Below, piece after piece: positions 15,056 to 27,300 of a stretch of DNA of 64,000 nt. Positions within the stretch are counted from its first letter, which is position 1. Every line of letters begins with the position of its first letter. Made by a program: the position numbers and the translations under genes. This DNA is from Flectonema sp. DT1601 (lineage: Eukaryota), in assembly GCA_964019425.1 (NCBI GenBank), contig OZ025801.1, positions 62,001 through 126,000 of the forward strand, in the 5' to 3' direction. Below the pieces are notes generated by a model, which searched no databases, had not been told where the DNA came from, and saw only the letters and a list, made by a program, of their open reading frames with translations.

Positions 15056-15563
15056 AATAGCAGATTTTTTTATTTTATTTCTTGGGAGTTTCATGGGGCA
15101 ACCCACCAGGAAAAAATTTACAGAAAAGTTTTATTTAGCAGCTGGGGCTGGGTCTTAGCTTTAACGTTAACGCAGGAGCGGCGAAAATTACACCTTTCGG
15201 GGGCCTCCGCCCCCGAAAGCTGGAAATTTTCGTAAAGGGTATGGCCTTCCTTCCCACCACCTACGTATTCACCACAACTTGGATGCTGTTCTGCACTTGC
15301 CCGCAAGGTCTGCATTGCTGAATGAGGGAATAGGGACAAAGGAAGGAGAATTTACTTGAAAACCTGCACAAGAACTTGGGAATTGTTCCCAGGTTGACTA
15401 CAGAATTGTTTATCGAAAGGCAGTGAATGTTGAAGATGTGCAGAAGGAAAGAAGTGAGAGCAGAGAAGAAACAAAAGGTAGAACCCTGAATGTCAAAATT
15501 CTATTTACAAAAATTTCGTGTCATTTAGTGTCGTTACTGACACGTTCATTCTCCAATTATTTT

Positions 15564-15809
15564 TCGTCGCTTTACTTATCCAATGATGGGGAACGGTAGC
15601 TGCCTCTTCGGAGGTTAGGGTCCTTTCGGACTCGTGGCTTTTCCGATTCCAGCGACAAACGGGCTTCAGCTCGTGACCCCTCGTTTGGAGACACCAGTCA
15701 GGTGGGGAGTTTGGCTGGGACGGCATGTCTGTTACACATTAACGCAGGTGTCCTAAGGCAAGCTCAGTGAGAACAAAAATCTCACGTAGAGCATAAGGGT
15801 AAAAGCTTG
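15564..15809 (+). pseudogene. Isolated fragment of cytosolic LSU (28S-type) rRNA
   Basis: Conserved LSU motifs GTCAGGTGGGGAGTTTGGCTGGG..GGCA, AACGCAGGTGTCCTAAGG, AATCTC.CGTAGAGCATAAGGGTAAAAGCT; flanks are not rRNA. Confidence 0.88.
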
Positions 15810-16668
15810 TGAGGGAGCCTTTCCACATGTGGTAAGAACTCCTTATTACAAACATAACTAGGATGGCAATTGTACACTCCCTTGCTGTGCTAACAAGGCC
15901 TACATTACTTACTGTGCCCCCTGGAGGAGAACACAATGTAAGAAACGGTACTGCCCTGTAACAACTCACAGGAAGGCACAATCAGAAGCTGGAGCCACCA
16001 ACACATTCTGGGTAAGGGCACCGTTGTTGCCCTTAAACATTTGACAGACTGTTCCTATTTAATATTTTATGATAATTATAATGGATAGGGGTATGTGATT
16101 CTCAGTGATATCCATCACAGCATTGGTGACAGTGCCATTGCTTTCTGATGAGATTTGTTTGAAGTTATTGTGTTTTCTTATCAGTTTCACTCAACAGATG
16201 GATTGATAAGTTAGACAGAATTACTATTCCAATATCCTGAATCCTCCAACACCTCTCTTGGCATGTTTAACTCTTTCCTCTGGTTGTGATTGCAAGCAGC
16301 CCATATTATAATAACTTTGATGAAAGCAATAAATGTAAATGTTCAACACAAAACAACAACAGTTAAAGATTGCGATAAGTATCGACAACAGACCCTACAA
16401 TGTTTAAATTATTAGAAGGTGTTGCCACTATTACAGTTCAAAGATTCATTCAAAGACTTCATTACTTTTCGATAACTATTTTGCTTAATGCGATCGCTTT
16501 GGTCGTCTTACAGAAATCGAGAGGAGGAAAAATTCACGCAATTAATATCGTTATTTCAAATACAAAAGGCTGACGTCCATTGTCCCAAAGGTACAAGAAT
16601 GTACCTTGAGTAGAGAAGCTGCTCTTTGAGGAATCCTTCTGAGACCAGTGAGAGCAGCAGAGGAAGAA

Positions 16669-17610
16669 CTACTGAAGCAGACTTCTCATGAAAGGTTCGA
16701 TGGTTGTGTTAACCAGCCAATTGTAGCCACTTCCAGGACAGTGCGGACAGAAGCAATTTGTTTGGTTAAAACACGAGCTTTGAGGGATTGGTCCGCACTC
16801 CTTACTGATGGGTGTGTGTAAGTCTACTACTTGAATACCTCTCACAGACATAATTGAGGAGGCCTGTTTGTTGAGGTAGCGAACATTGAAGTCAGAGTTT
16901 AGATTGCAAACCATCGGAGTGGTGAGAGCGAATACAATTTTCGTTGCGGACGGCAGGGAAGCTTTCAGGGAGTCTGCAATCTGACTTAGCTGGTTAGGGT
17001 ACACTGAAGTATTTCCCTGCTGGCCAGGGATTGTTGAATTTCCAAGTGGTCCATCATGAAGACCGAAATTAAACATCAAAACATCCGGAGAGATGGGAAC
17101 ACCACTCGAGCTGTGAATGAAATATTTCAAACACTTCAGACCGTAAGCTGTTTCTTCAGCTCCACCGTCACCTCCCCAAGGGGTGTGCTGTACAAACGCA
17201 ATGTCTGAAATCTTTTGAGCTAAGATGGGAGTATATCCAATACTGACACTGTCTCCCAAGACAACAACATTTTTTAAAGTTTTACTTGGAGGGGATTGTG
17301 GTCCTGGTTTACAAACAGAGTCGGCCATGGTGAGGTTCACTCCGTCTTTAAAGCAGTCGCTCACTTGTGAAAATCCACCCCCTCCTCTTGAGACACAACT
17401 ACTCCCCTCTGGGCAACAAACATATTTATTATTTGGACAGCACACTGCATTCTTAAATGGGCAACACCCCATCAAAGACCCCGAGAATGGAGATGAACAG
17501 CAGGTCCCATCAGCATCACAACGAGTACTTCCAAAGGGATCGGAACTGTTGACGCACACGTTTGGCCAATAAGAGGATCCGATCACAGCTGAGCAGACAA
17601 CGGAAAGCAT
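16669..17610 (-). CDS. Granulin-like Cys-rich domain fused to SGNH/GDSL hydrolase, probably secreted
   Basis: C-x5-CC-x-GCCP..AVCC..CCPEG..C granulin pattern; VVVLGDSVS (block I Ser), FNFGLHD (block III), and a C-terminal His in CPHCPGSGY. Confidence 0.85.
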   Translation of the reverse strand: MLSVVCSAVIGSSYWPNVCVNSSDPFGSTRCDADGTCCSSPFSGSLMGCCPFKNAVCCPNNKYVCCPEGSSCVSRGGGGFSQVSDCFKDGVNLTMADSVCKPGPQSPPSKTLKNVVVLGDSVSIGYTPILAQKISDIAFVQHTPWGGDGGAEETAYGLKCLKYFIHSSSGVPISPDVLMFNFGLHDGPLGNSTIPGQQGNTSVYPNQLSQIADSLKASLPSATKIVFALTTPMVCNLNSDFNVRYLNKQASSIMSVRGIQVVDLHTPISKECGPIPQSSCFNQTNCFCPHCPGSGYNWLVNTTIEPFMRSLLQ

Positions 17611-18272
17611 TTTATATTTCTACTTTGCCTGAGATATGAAGAAAGTTAACAACTATTCTACACATTGACTGTGACGACTTTTCTGTTGGAATACAACTTC
17701 TGTTGTAAGTTGGCATCATATTGTATTGATATCTGCAAGACAGAGAAAAACAAAATGACCGCCTTTCAGAACAAGTTAGAATTGCTGTTCAGCAATAAGG
17801 AAGTAAAGTCGCAAAAAGAATGTCGGCAGTTTGCATCTTCCTAATTCCTTTTTTTTCCATCGCCCTCTTCAAATCAATGTCCTCACCTGCTTGCTAACAG
17901 GCAGCTCAGAGTGCTGCTGTGCACGTTGCGGCTCGTCAATAAGCCAAAAAGAAATTAAAGTATGCGATCCCTGTAGGGGGGTACACGAGCGCACTGTAAG
18001 CAAGCAGGAAAAAAAGCGACACACGCTATTGTTTTTTCGTTTTTCGTTTTTTTTTTTTTTTTTTTTCATTCTTCATTCTTCATAGCTGAACACCAAACGA
18101 CAGAACTTTTGATTTCCTAACTGCAACGACACTCCGGGTGACGACACTCTAGTCACCATTTCTCAAACCATTCAATCAAATCATTTCAAAACGAAATGAA
18201 GAAGTCAACCACTTACTGTGATTAGGGCAAGTTTGTATGTCATGGGAGGGGAAGGTCAGCAATGTGTTGTTA

Positions 18273-20400
18273 CTATTCTTTTACTTCAAACTTCACAAGT
18301 GCCTGCTCCCAGGTCATCCTGTCCTGGCAGAGGTCGCAGAGAATAGTTGCGGCATCGTCGACGGAGATGAAGACCTGTTTTATATTTTAAAGTTACAGAA
18401 GTATTCTTCAAGTGTACACTAATAGACTGCTAATAGACTGCTCTGTTTAGAACACGAGTCAGGTGTTCAGAAGATGAATAACTAACTTACCTGTTTTGTG
18501 CTGTCTCTCTCTCTGAGGGTTACCTTGCCAGCGGATTCAGTGGTTTGGTCGATAGTGAGATTGAATGGAATACCAATCTCATCAGATCTCGCGTACTTCT
18601 TACCAATCTTCTGAGAACCGTCGTCAACCTTGTAACTGATTCCCATGCTGGAGAACTGACTTCTCCATTTGGCGATCAGTTCCTGGCAGTACTTCTCCTG
18701 TTTTATTATTTAAGTTAAGTTCATATAGTTGGAGGGGACAAGCAACACTTGTGGAAGATTCGCTGGCACACAGGGGGAGAATAAAAATAATAAATTAGCG
18801 AAATAGAAAAGACTGCAAAGACACATACTCTGAACACTGTTGGAGATAATGGAAGAATGCTGACCTTGTATGGAGCAATTCTGGCAGGGAGGGCAAAACC
18901 AGCACGTTTTTCGTTTTTGCTGTCCTCCTCAGCGGATTTCCTTACAAAGTAAGTCTGCTCCAAAAGAGTGTAAATCAATCGACCGACTCCAAAGGATGGT
19001 TCGATCACATTTGGGATGTAGTTGCGACCTTCAATCTTCTTGTCCTTCATGGCGAACTGAACCATCGCACGTTCAATTGAGTAGCTGACTTCACCAACAG
19101 CAATACTGACAGCACCGTCGTTGAGCTTCTGGTCCAGTGCGAGAGCTTCTGCTTCTGGTAGCTGGTTGAGGAAGGCGAGGACGGCAGGGGCGTCTTTTTT
19201 GAAAGTTTTGTTCACGAGACCCTTTTTAATGTCTCTGTCAAGTTGGTTGACGATCTTTGGCTCTGGGAACTTCTCGTAGGCAACGAAGTCCGTGTTTCTC
19301 GCCTTACCGTGACACTCCAAGTCGTAGCAACTTCTGTCAGCAAGACCAACACACTCGACCCATCCAAAGCTGGAGAGACACTCCGCGTCCCAACAGTCGG
19401 ATGCGTAGTGAGCCATTTCAGTAGAGCGATGCTGTCTGAATCTGAGGTACTTCATTCCAATCATTTGTGTGAACATCATCGTTCTGCCCATAAAGTATCC
19501 AAGAGTCTCGTTATCGATAATTCCCTTCGAGACAGCGTCACCCAAAGTCATTTTAATTGGGTCCTTGCCATCTTCCTGGAGATCCTTTGGCCACAGCCAG
19601 GCCTCAACAGAAGCTACCTGAGCGAATTTAACGCAGTCCTTGTCGTCAGGGTTGACGAAATGTTCGATCTCTGCCAAAGTGAACTCTCTCACTCTGAGGA
19701 GATTGTTTCGCGGAGCGATTTCGTTTCTGAAGGCGCTACCGATGGCTGCACCAGCAAACGGCATGTTGCCGGCGTTGAACTCCAACAGTCTCTTGAAGTT
19801 CAACAGAATTCCCTGCGCGAGTTCTGGTCGGAGGTATCCCAAACGATCACCAGCTGGTCCAATTGGAGTTGGGAACATTAAATTGAAATCTTTCGGTTCA
19901 CCAAATGAATTACCCTGCGGGGACTTCACTTCAAACTTACTCAAAGCAGCTTTGAACTCTGGGATGGACATACCGTCAGCAGTAATTATTAATTTCTTAA
20001 TATCGGCACGCTGCTCATCTGTCAGTTTAGCTTTCTTGTCTGCGAGTTTCTTCTCACCCCACTCCTCGAGGTACTTATCAACTCTGAAGAGGTCACCAGT
20101 TGCGGAGTCCTGGACCATAACATCAGTAAACTTTTGAGTGTGACCTGACACCTTAAATACTTCTTCAGGAGTCATGCAGGTGGTGTCAACTTCTAACATG
20201 TTCTCTTCGATGACGAAGTGTTGTCTCCAAAGGTTAATAAAGTTTGCCTTCACTTGGCACCCAACTGGACCAAAGTCATACAGACCACCGACACCACCGT
20301 AGCAGTCAAATCCAAGACCGTAAAGGAAACGTCTCTTGCAGGTGTCCTCAAAGTCTGCTCTCTTGAAGGCGGGCAGCTTGTCTGGAAGGGTTTCCGTCAT
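18273..20400 (-). CDS. GARS: Glycyl-tRNA synthetase (eukaryotic alpha2 type), 3 exons: 20400-18829, 18697-18491, 18374-18273 (~626 aa)
   Basis: Motifs GLYDFGPVG, YLRPELAQG, FRNEIAPR..LLRVREFTLAEIEHF, IEPSFGVGR. Removing two phase-0 GT..AG introns restores the anticodon-binding domain (IGKKYARSDEIGIPFNLTID..VTLRERDSTKQ). Confidence 0.96.
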
Positions 20401-20789
20401 TTTGTATCTCTCTTGTTGTTGATGGCTGATTAGTAATGTAAAGTGAGATGTTTTGTTTATTCAAAATAATTCTTTAATACGAAACAAAAAAAATAAATAA
20501 CATCAAATAAATCACAACGGAGTCAGGTACAGTATTTCAATTTCTTTAATTATTTTACATTCTTTTATTTTATTGTTCTTCTTCAAAACCCCACATCGGG
20601 AAGAGTGTTACGACAAGGCAGTCTATTCCTCTCTGAGTCTGTCTTCAGGAAGGTTACGATTGAAGAAAGAATTAAATATCATCTGTAGTAAGGCGGTAAT
20701 TATCCCTCCTTACACTTGACAACTGCTGGCTGGTTGCAATTGATGACATCACCTCGTAGTATGATCTGAGTAATGGTAGTGAGGTATTC

Positions 20790-21170
20790 TCACGTACCAG
20801 TTGGACACTCGAGGATCAGTTCTCTGAGTGCGATAATTAAATGAGTTCCCAGCTGTTGAGGAGTTGCTTCTTCCTGACATCTTCGACAGAGCGTGTCAGT
20901 TAACATTCCGACCCACCGCCTACCGATTGCAGCTCCAGTGCTGTTCTCAACGAGGTTTGCGGTCTGCGAATTTGATTTTTTCTGCAGCTGCTCCAAGTGA
21001 GTAACTTTCTCAAGGATTTCTTCCCTCTGACTTTCTAACTCTTGTTTGAGATAAGAAATCTCACGTATTGCTCTCTCTCTTAACGCGTCATCATCTTCTC
21101 TGTCGGGTAGCTCACCAGATGATGCGCCCTGTTCGATGTCTTCGGATTGGTTACTTTGATTTGTACCCAT
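20790..21170 (-). CDS. Small coiled-coil hypothetical protein (MG-x3-S start, possibly N-myristoylated); may splice 20797-20683 to a stop at 20672
   Basis: 126-aa ATG ORF in the co-oriented cluster with heptad-like core; candidate GTACGT...TACAG intron near the end. Confidence 0.55.
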   Translation of the reverse strand: MGTNQSNQSEDIEQGASSGELPDREDDDALRERAIREISYLKQELESQREEILEKVTHLEQLQKKSNSQTANLVENSTGAAIGRRWVGMLTDTLCRRCQEEATPQQLGTHLIIALRELILECPTGT

Positions 21171-22016
21171 CTTTGTGTTTGTGTCTGAAGATAAAAACTA
21201 AATGCAATGAAAGACACAAAAAACTGCTTCTTGAAGTCTTTCTCATCTCCGGCTGCATAGCACTCGCTGCTAAGGAAATAAAATTCTAAACCAGAAATGA
21301 ACTTAATTTGTTGGTTTCCTCCGAGCATTCCAAACCGTCCTCAAGGCTGCCTACAAAATAGGAAAAGGATTGCAGCCAAACGAGTCCAGCGGGTGAATAT
21401 CGAGTACGGGTAACACTTAATTAATAACACAACAAAAACAAAATGAAAGAAGAAAGCCATTCATTGCTCGTGTTCATTCACAGGGTGAGATAATTGTTTG
21501 ATTTTATAAAACACAAACTAAATCATAATAACATAGTAACCCAAACATTCTTCTTATCTCTCATCATCAGTTATGATGTAGGAGTGAGCTGGTCAACTAT
21601 TGACTCCTCTCTTGAGGGTAGGGTGTCAGTATTCATAAGAGGAATTCTTTTTTTTTTTTTTTTGCGTACGACGGAACCGAACTAAATCTGCAAAGAGTGC
21701 AGGAGATTTTATATTCTCTCTCAAGGAAGGAATCGATACGTTTCTCACAAAAATAAATAACTACATAAATCTTTTGCAAAGGCGGTTGTAAGAAGAAGAC
21801 TCCCTCTGTCGGTATTCACAAACGATGAGATTATTAAAATCTCAACCACCACATGCAGTAGTTGACTAATTATCATCATAATCATCATAATAATAATTAA
21901 TATAACAATGCAGACCTGATGTGGATTTCAGTCACTGAGAGGATGCCTCCACTCACAACTCACAAAAAGAGTATTTAAAGATGTTAACTTTGAAGTCACA
22001 ACTAGAGTGGAGTACT

Positions 22017-22568
22017 TTACGAAGATGTCATTTGCATGGCGAGTTGTCTCGTTAGATCTTTTTGTGATTCTATCTCAGCCTTCAGGCTGTCGATTGTATT
22101 TTGTAACATTCCCTTCTCCGTTACAAAGCTGTCAGACTTGGCGGCAGAGAGAGCCTTCTGTTTGCTGTGTTCGAGTTCTCGAATGTGAAGAGCAGCCTCA
22201 ACATCATCGAGGATCTCTTGTTGATATTGTTGAAGTCTTGATTCACGAGAAGCGAGAGGTTCTCTGGTGACGATCGATTTTAATTCATCGAAGTCACTCT
22301 TGTCGAGTACGACGCCAGGGAATTCAGACTCACGTTGAAATTGTTGGATAGCTGATTCCTTGTCGGTGGCGAGCTCTCTTTCGAAATCAAGTTTTTGTTT
22401 TTTGAGTTGGTCCTCCCCTTCTGTTTTATTGATTTCGTTGTCAACCTTTTGATCTTCCACAGACCGCATCGATTCAACAGCTCTGAGGATCTCATCGACA
22501 CTCTGAGAGATATCTTCAGTTGTAGTGAAGACTTCTTCGTCAATAGTTGTATTTGAGGGACGGAACAT
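22017..22568 (-). CDS. Coiled-coil hypothetical protein (5' end uncertain)
   Basis: 183-aa E/Q/K-rich ORF. A candidate 29-nt GTGAGT..CACAG intron just upstream keeps the frame open. Confidence 0.65.
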   Translation of the reverse strand: MFRPSNTTIDEEVFTTTEDISQSVDEILRAVESMRSVEDQKVDNEINKTEGEDQLKKQKLDFERELATDKESAIQQFQRESEFPGVVLDKSDFDELKSIVTREPLASRESRLQQYQQEILDDVEAALHIRELEHSKQKALSAAKSDSFVTEKGMLQNTIDSLKAEIESQKDLTRQLAMQMTSS

Positions 22569-24388
22569 CTTATGAAGAAATGACGTCTGTGAAAGAAGAT
22601 AAACACATCACTCACTTCCTTTAATGTGGTGGAGTCTGACTGTTGTTGAATTGAAGAATATAAATATTTACATCACCCAAGTCAGTCTTAATAATCACGT
22701 CGTACAATATGTTGCAAAGAAGAGAGAAAAAAAACAACAACAAAAGATCTTAACTTTTTTTTTTTCCCCTCTCTAATCTCTTTCTTGCATTTGTCCTTTG
22801 AGCACCCATGACAAAGAAGAAAGAGAAAAAAGGACAACCACAACGCATACTTCTTCTTCTTCTTCTTTTTTTTTTTTTTGTTTGCTTGAAATAAAGCAGG
22901 CAGATATCTACATCTGACAAGCAGAACTAAAGAGAGTGTGAGTAATTCCATACATGTGTTGCCTGATTAGTTAACCTTACATGTGACTGCTGTGATACTC
23001 CAACACAACACCAATCACAGAGAGGGGACTAATAAACAGCTCTTGAGATGTGTTGAAAAAATACTTTTTTTTTTTTTTTTTTGTTGAATTATTGCTACTC
23101 TAGAAGAAAATTCTAAATTACTACTTTTTTTTTTTTTTTTTTTTCTTTCTAATCTAAACAGAGATACAAACATACACAAAAAACTATAAATTATATATCC
23201 GGGAAGGATACTTGCAGGTCTTTGGGAAGGGAAGGGGAAGATGTGTTTTTAACATTTGTCCACATAACGAAACGGAAGAAAATCAACAACCTGGTGATTA
23301 GTTGTGTAGTAATGATCGTACCCTTTGAATATAGCGTAGGATTATTGGTGGCAGTGAATTTCTTTTCACCAGGAAAACCAGTCAGGTAACAATTTCTTTT
23401 TTTTTTTTTTGCTGTCAAAACATCTGCGAGGGCCATTATAACTCAACAAGTGTGCCCACCGTAGAGCTGCAGTGCTTTAAGGAACATTTCTTTTTTATAA
23501 ACCCCCGAAGGTACGCATCTTACACAACACACACACACAATTAGAATTAATTACGACAAAACAATCAGGAAGAAAAGAGTGCTCATTCCACAACAGGATT
23601 GGGATAGGAGAAGAAAACTAAAGTAAACCAACGATGTGATGACATCATCTAAGAGGGTGCTGACAAAAGACAACTTGAAAATACTTGCTTGTGCACTTAA
23701 TCGCTATATATCGGTTTTGCAATAATAAAAGAATGAGAGGTTAACAGGAGGTCAGGTTCACATAATTATTTGATACTTTTTGCTGCTCCTTATTGACCAA
23801 ACTCGGGGAACTTTTAAAAAAAAAAAGCTGAAAATCTTGCCAACAAAGACAACAACCTTACTTAGAGAGAAGTGCGAGAAGTGCAAAAACATCAAAAGAA
23901 AACGGTGGCGGTGGTGGATTAATAATTTGAGAAAAGGGAAATAACTACACTACTGGTCCCTATGAAGAGAAAGCGAATTTGACTCAAATCGATTCAGAAA
24001 CAGGGAGGGGGGTGAAACTTTGACAATGTAAAAACAGTAACAACTTTAGGAATTAAAAACAAACGTTAATATCAAAGTACTTGACTGTAGGAACAGGGGG
24101 GGGAAATCGCCTTTATTCATTCTACGAAAATAAAAAGAAAGAAAGCAGAACCAGTTTGCTCTAAATATTGCTGTCGGGTTAGGACCGTGAAAGAGGACAA
24201 TATGTAGTATTATATAATAACTTCTCCTTACTTTCACATTATCGATTCCTCCATCGGTGTGGGGAATGGTCAGTCAACTTAGACACCAGTCGCAGTTAAA
24301 GAGTTCCTTTTTTTTTGCTTCCGACGTTTTCGATTAATTAAATAATAAATTCCCTCCTTCCGTTGTTGGAATTCCTGAGTGAGAAGAA

Positions 24389-27300
24389 TTATGAAATACT
24401 TCGATTGTTGTTATTCATCATTCTCGACACAGATTGAGTTACAATAGAAACCACGTCTACCGACTGCGATCTCTGTGATTTCACAAATCTCGGAGATGGA
24501 GATGGCTGTGCGGAGTTCCTCTTTCCTGTTGGAGTACTACAACGAGTTGAAGACCTTCCAGCAGGTCCTCCAATAGACGGAGAACCTTTCCTAACTTTTG
24601 ATAATGTTCTAAAAGCAGTAGTTGTAGAATGTTGTAATCTCGGAGTGTGTGTCGCAGGATTCCCGAGATGGACTTCAACAGTTTGAATTCCTTCGCGACG
24701 TTTCTTTGAAGGAATGCCGCAGGCTGACTTCAAATCTTTAACTTCACAAAGAGAATCAACAGAACCAGTAGAGACCTCTCTGGTAGTACTAACGTTATCG
24801 AGGATTGTCTTGTCTTTCATCATCAACTTCTCTCCCAGGCGGTCCATTTCACTTGAGATTCTGGTCGTTGTTTGCGCCACCTCACTCAATGGCGCTCCAA
24901 CAATTGATTGACTTGAGTTTTTCGGTTTTCCTTTTGGTTCCCAAGTTTCAATTAGTTTTTTTGGAGTGCCATAAGCGATATCCAGAGAGGTGTTGAACCT
25001 GTTGGGATGGTTTATTAGGAATACAAAGTCTACTAACAGACTAACAGTTTATTAATATAAATTCCATACCAAGAACAAGGTGTTTCAAGAGGGAGAGGAA
25101 CTGGCGCGCCATCAACTACAGTCGTCTCAATGTCATCAACAGAAGGTATGGAAGGAGGTTGAGGTGGAGGTGCCTCACTCCCGCAGGGTATTTCTATTTC
25201 ATAATCACACATTGGACTCGGACATGCCGGGCCAGACATCTCCATCTCCATGGAAGGTACCTGTTTTATTATTTTATACGGATCCCCAACAATATGATTC
25301 GTGTCACTTACAGAAAAAGATAAACATACCGGAGGTAGAAACGGTGTGTGTGGTTTGTCTACAGCTCCCTCAATAGGAGGATGATAGCTCGTGATGGGAC
25401 CATTAAACCCATTCAGACCGTGAAGGACGTCATATCTCTCAAGATCTCGATGAGTGCTGAGAGGGACAACATCAAATATCGATCCGGTTGGGGACGGAAC
25501 TGCATTTAGTAACGCTGCGTGTTGAGCGAGAGCTTGCATTGGGTCTACAGGAAGCGGGGGAGGTATTGCAGCAATAGGAAGCGGGGGAGGAATTGATGCC
25601 TCGCGTACGTGAAGAACCGACTCTCGAACGTCGAGATCTCTCTGACGTCTATCTAGTTGTTCTTGCATTCCAACAGTTTTCTCGTAAAGTCTCCTCGCAG
25701 CTTCCAATACGAGATCCGTGTCACTTCTCGCTTCAGATAGAATCCGACTTGTCTCTTGAATGGCGGTGTTGGTTTCTAATTTCTGTTGCGCGGCTTTTTT
25801 TGACAGCTCTTCAGCTGCGAGGTCTGCTTTCAGTTGAGTGAGCTCTCGAAGTGTGTCGGACTCACGTTGTTTGACTACTTCACCCCAAGCAATCCATTCC
25901 ATCTCTTGTCCTTTTACTTTCATTGCCAAAGACTCCAACTGTCGTTCCTTTTCCGCGAGAGCGAGACGCTCCCTGTCGAGGTACTCCTGATTCTGGGCTG
26001 CAGCACGTTTGTCTTCACCGTCGCGAGATTGGTGGAGGCGATCTTCAGCCGACTGGAGTGCAGCCTCGCGTTTTGTGAGGGTGGCAATCCATCTCTCGAT
26101 AGCAACCTTCCGTTTTTCGAGTGACTTCTCTCTTTCCTGAAGGTTGTGTTCTATGGCGCCGACACGCTGAAGCTCTGCCTGGAGGAGTGACTCGTGTTGC
26201 TGAAGAACCTTCTCGCGGTCACCTGAGGCCTCACCGGCATCGAGTCTGCGCTGAAGTTCCACGCAGCGGACCTCAGAGTTCGTAGCCCGTGCTATGGCTT
26301 CGTTAAGACGTTGGGCGGAGTCGGCAAGTTGTTGTTGTAAATTATTGTCCTCACCAACACCTCGTTGGTGTACTCTTTGGTCCCACTCTCTAGACATTTT
26401 CTCTCGCTCTTCGATGCGAGCCTGTAGCACCGCTAGTTTCGCATCCCTGTCGTGAAGTTTCGCCTCTTTGTCGTGAAGCTGATCTTTTAGTTGTTGAATC
26501 CTTGATCGCTGATCTTCACCATCACCTAATGCTCTCTTTCTTTTGTTGTCAAGTTCGTCTTCTCGTTGGTGCAGATCGAACTCCAGCTGCTTTAGTTTTC
26601 TGTGCTGCGCTTCTATCTGACTATCTCTATCAGATAATATATCTTCCTGTCGTCTTATTTGCTCTTCTCGCGATCGAACAATGTCTTCTCTATCGCGTAA
26701 ACCCGACTCCCGTTCGCGTAACTTTTCTTCGCGGGAGTTGAGGTCTTCTTCGCGTTTTGAAAGATTCGAGAGGTGCCGGTTCGCATCATTCATTTGGAGC
26801 ATTCGGTTCTGCAGGTCGCGATCACGGGACATGAGATCTTCTTCCCGTGACCCGAGAAGGGCAGCACGGTCGGCTATTTCCTTCTCTCGCGATGCGAAGT
26901 CCTCTTCCCTGGAAGCCAACTGCGCTAACTTGTCGTTGAAATCCCTTTCCTGTTGGGAGGAGTGTCCAAACATCTGTTTCGCTTCTTGCTCAAGAGTAGT
27001 AATTCGAAGCTGATGCTCTGCGAGAGTTCGCTCCCCCTCAGACAGCTTCCGCTCCCTCTCAGAAAGGTTCCGCTCCCTCTCAGAAAGGTTTTTCTGGTCC
27101 TGTTCGAGTTTCTGGTGTTGGGAATCCAAGTGCTTCATATTTTCTTCTTTCATAGAAAGTAGTTTTTCTCGATCGTGGATTTGCTTCGCAAAAAGTTCTC
27201 TCTCTGTCGCCATCTTTGCCTCCGCTGCCGCCAGGTCGGTGATCTTCTGAGCGAGTTCACGTTCTCTGTCGTAAGTTTCGAATTGATACTTCTCAGGGCG

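Larger units (their letters stand above)
1..15202 (-). repeat. 603-bp tandem array of linked 5S rRNA + spliced-leader RNA genes (25 copies of each; runs off the left edge)
   Basis: Identical blocks recur every 603 bp with only occasional 1-2 nt indels. Periodicity stops at ...cacctttcgggg (15202). Confidence 0.98.

Noticed and set aside
1..15202. CRISPR-like array
   Set aside because: Whole units are identical; no unique spacers and no cas genes.
43..15339. Repeated 64-105-aa ORFs in the array
   Set aside because: They overlap 5S rRNA antisense and spacer homopolymers and are broken by indels between copies; not proteins.
18721..18828. C-terminus of the 559-aa GlyRS ORF as given in the ORF track
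   Set aside because: It is intron read-through; the spliced model restores the conserved anticodon-binding domain.
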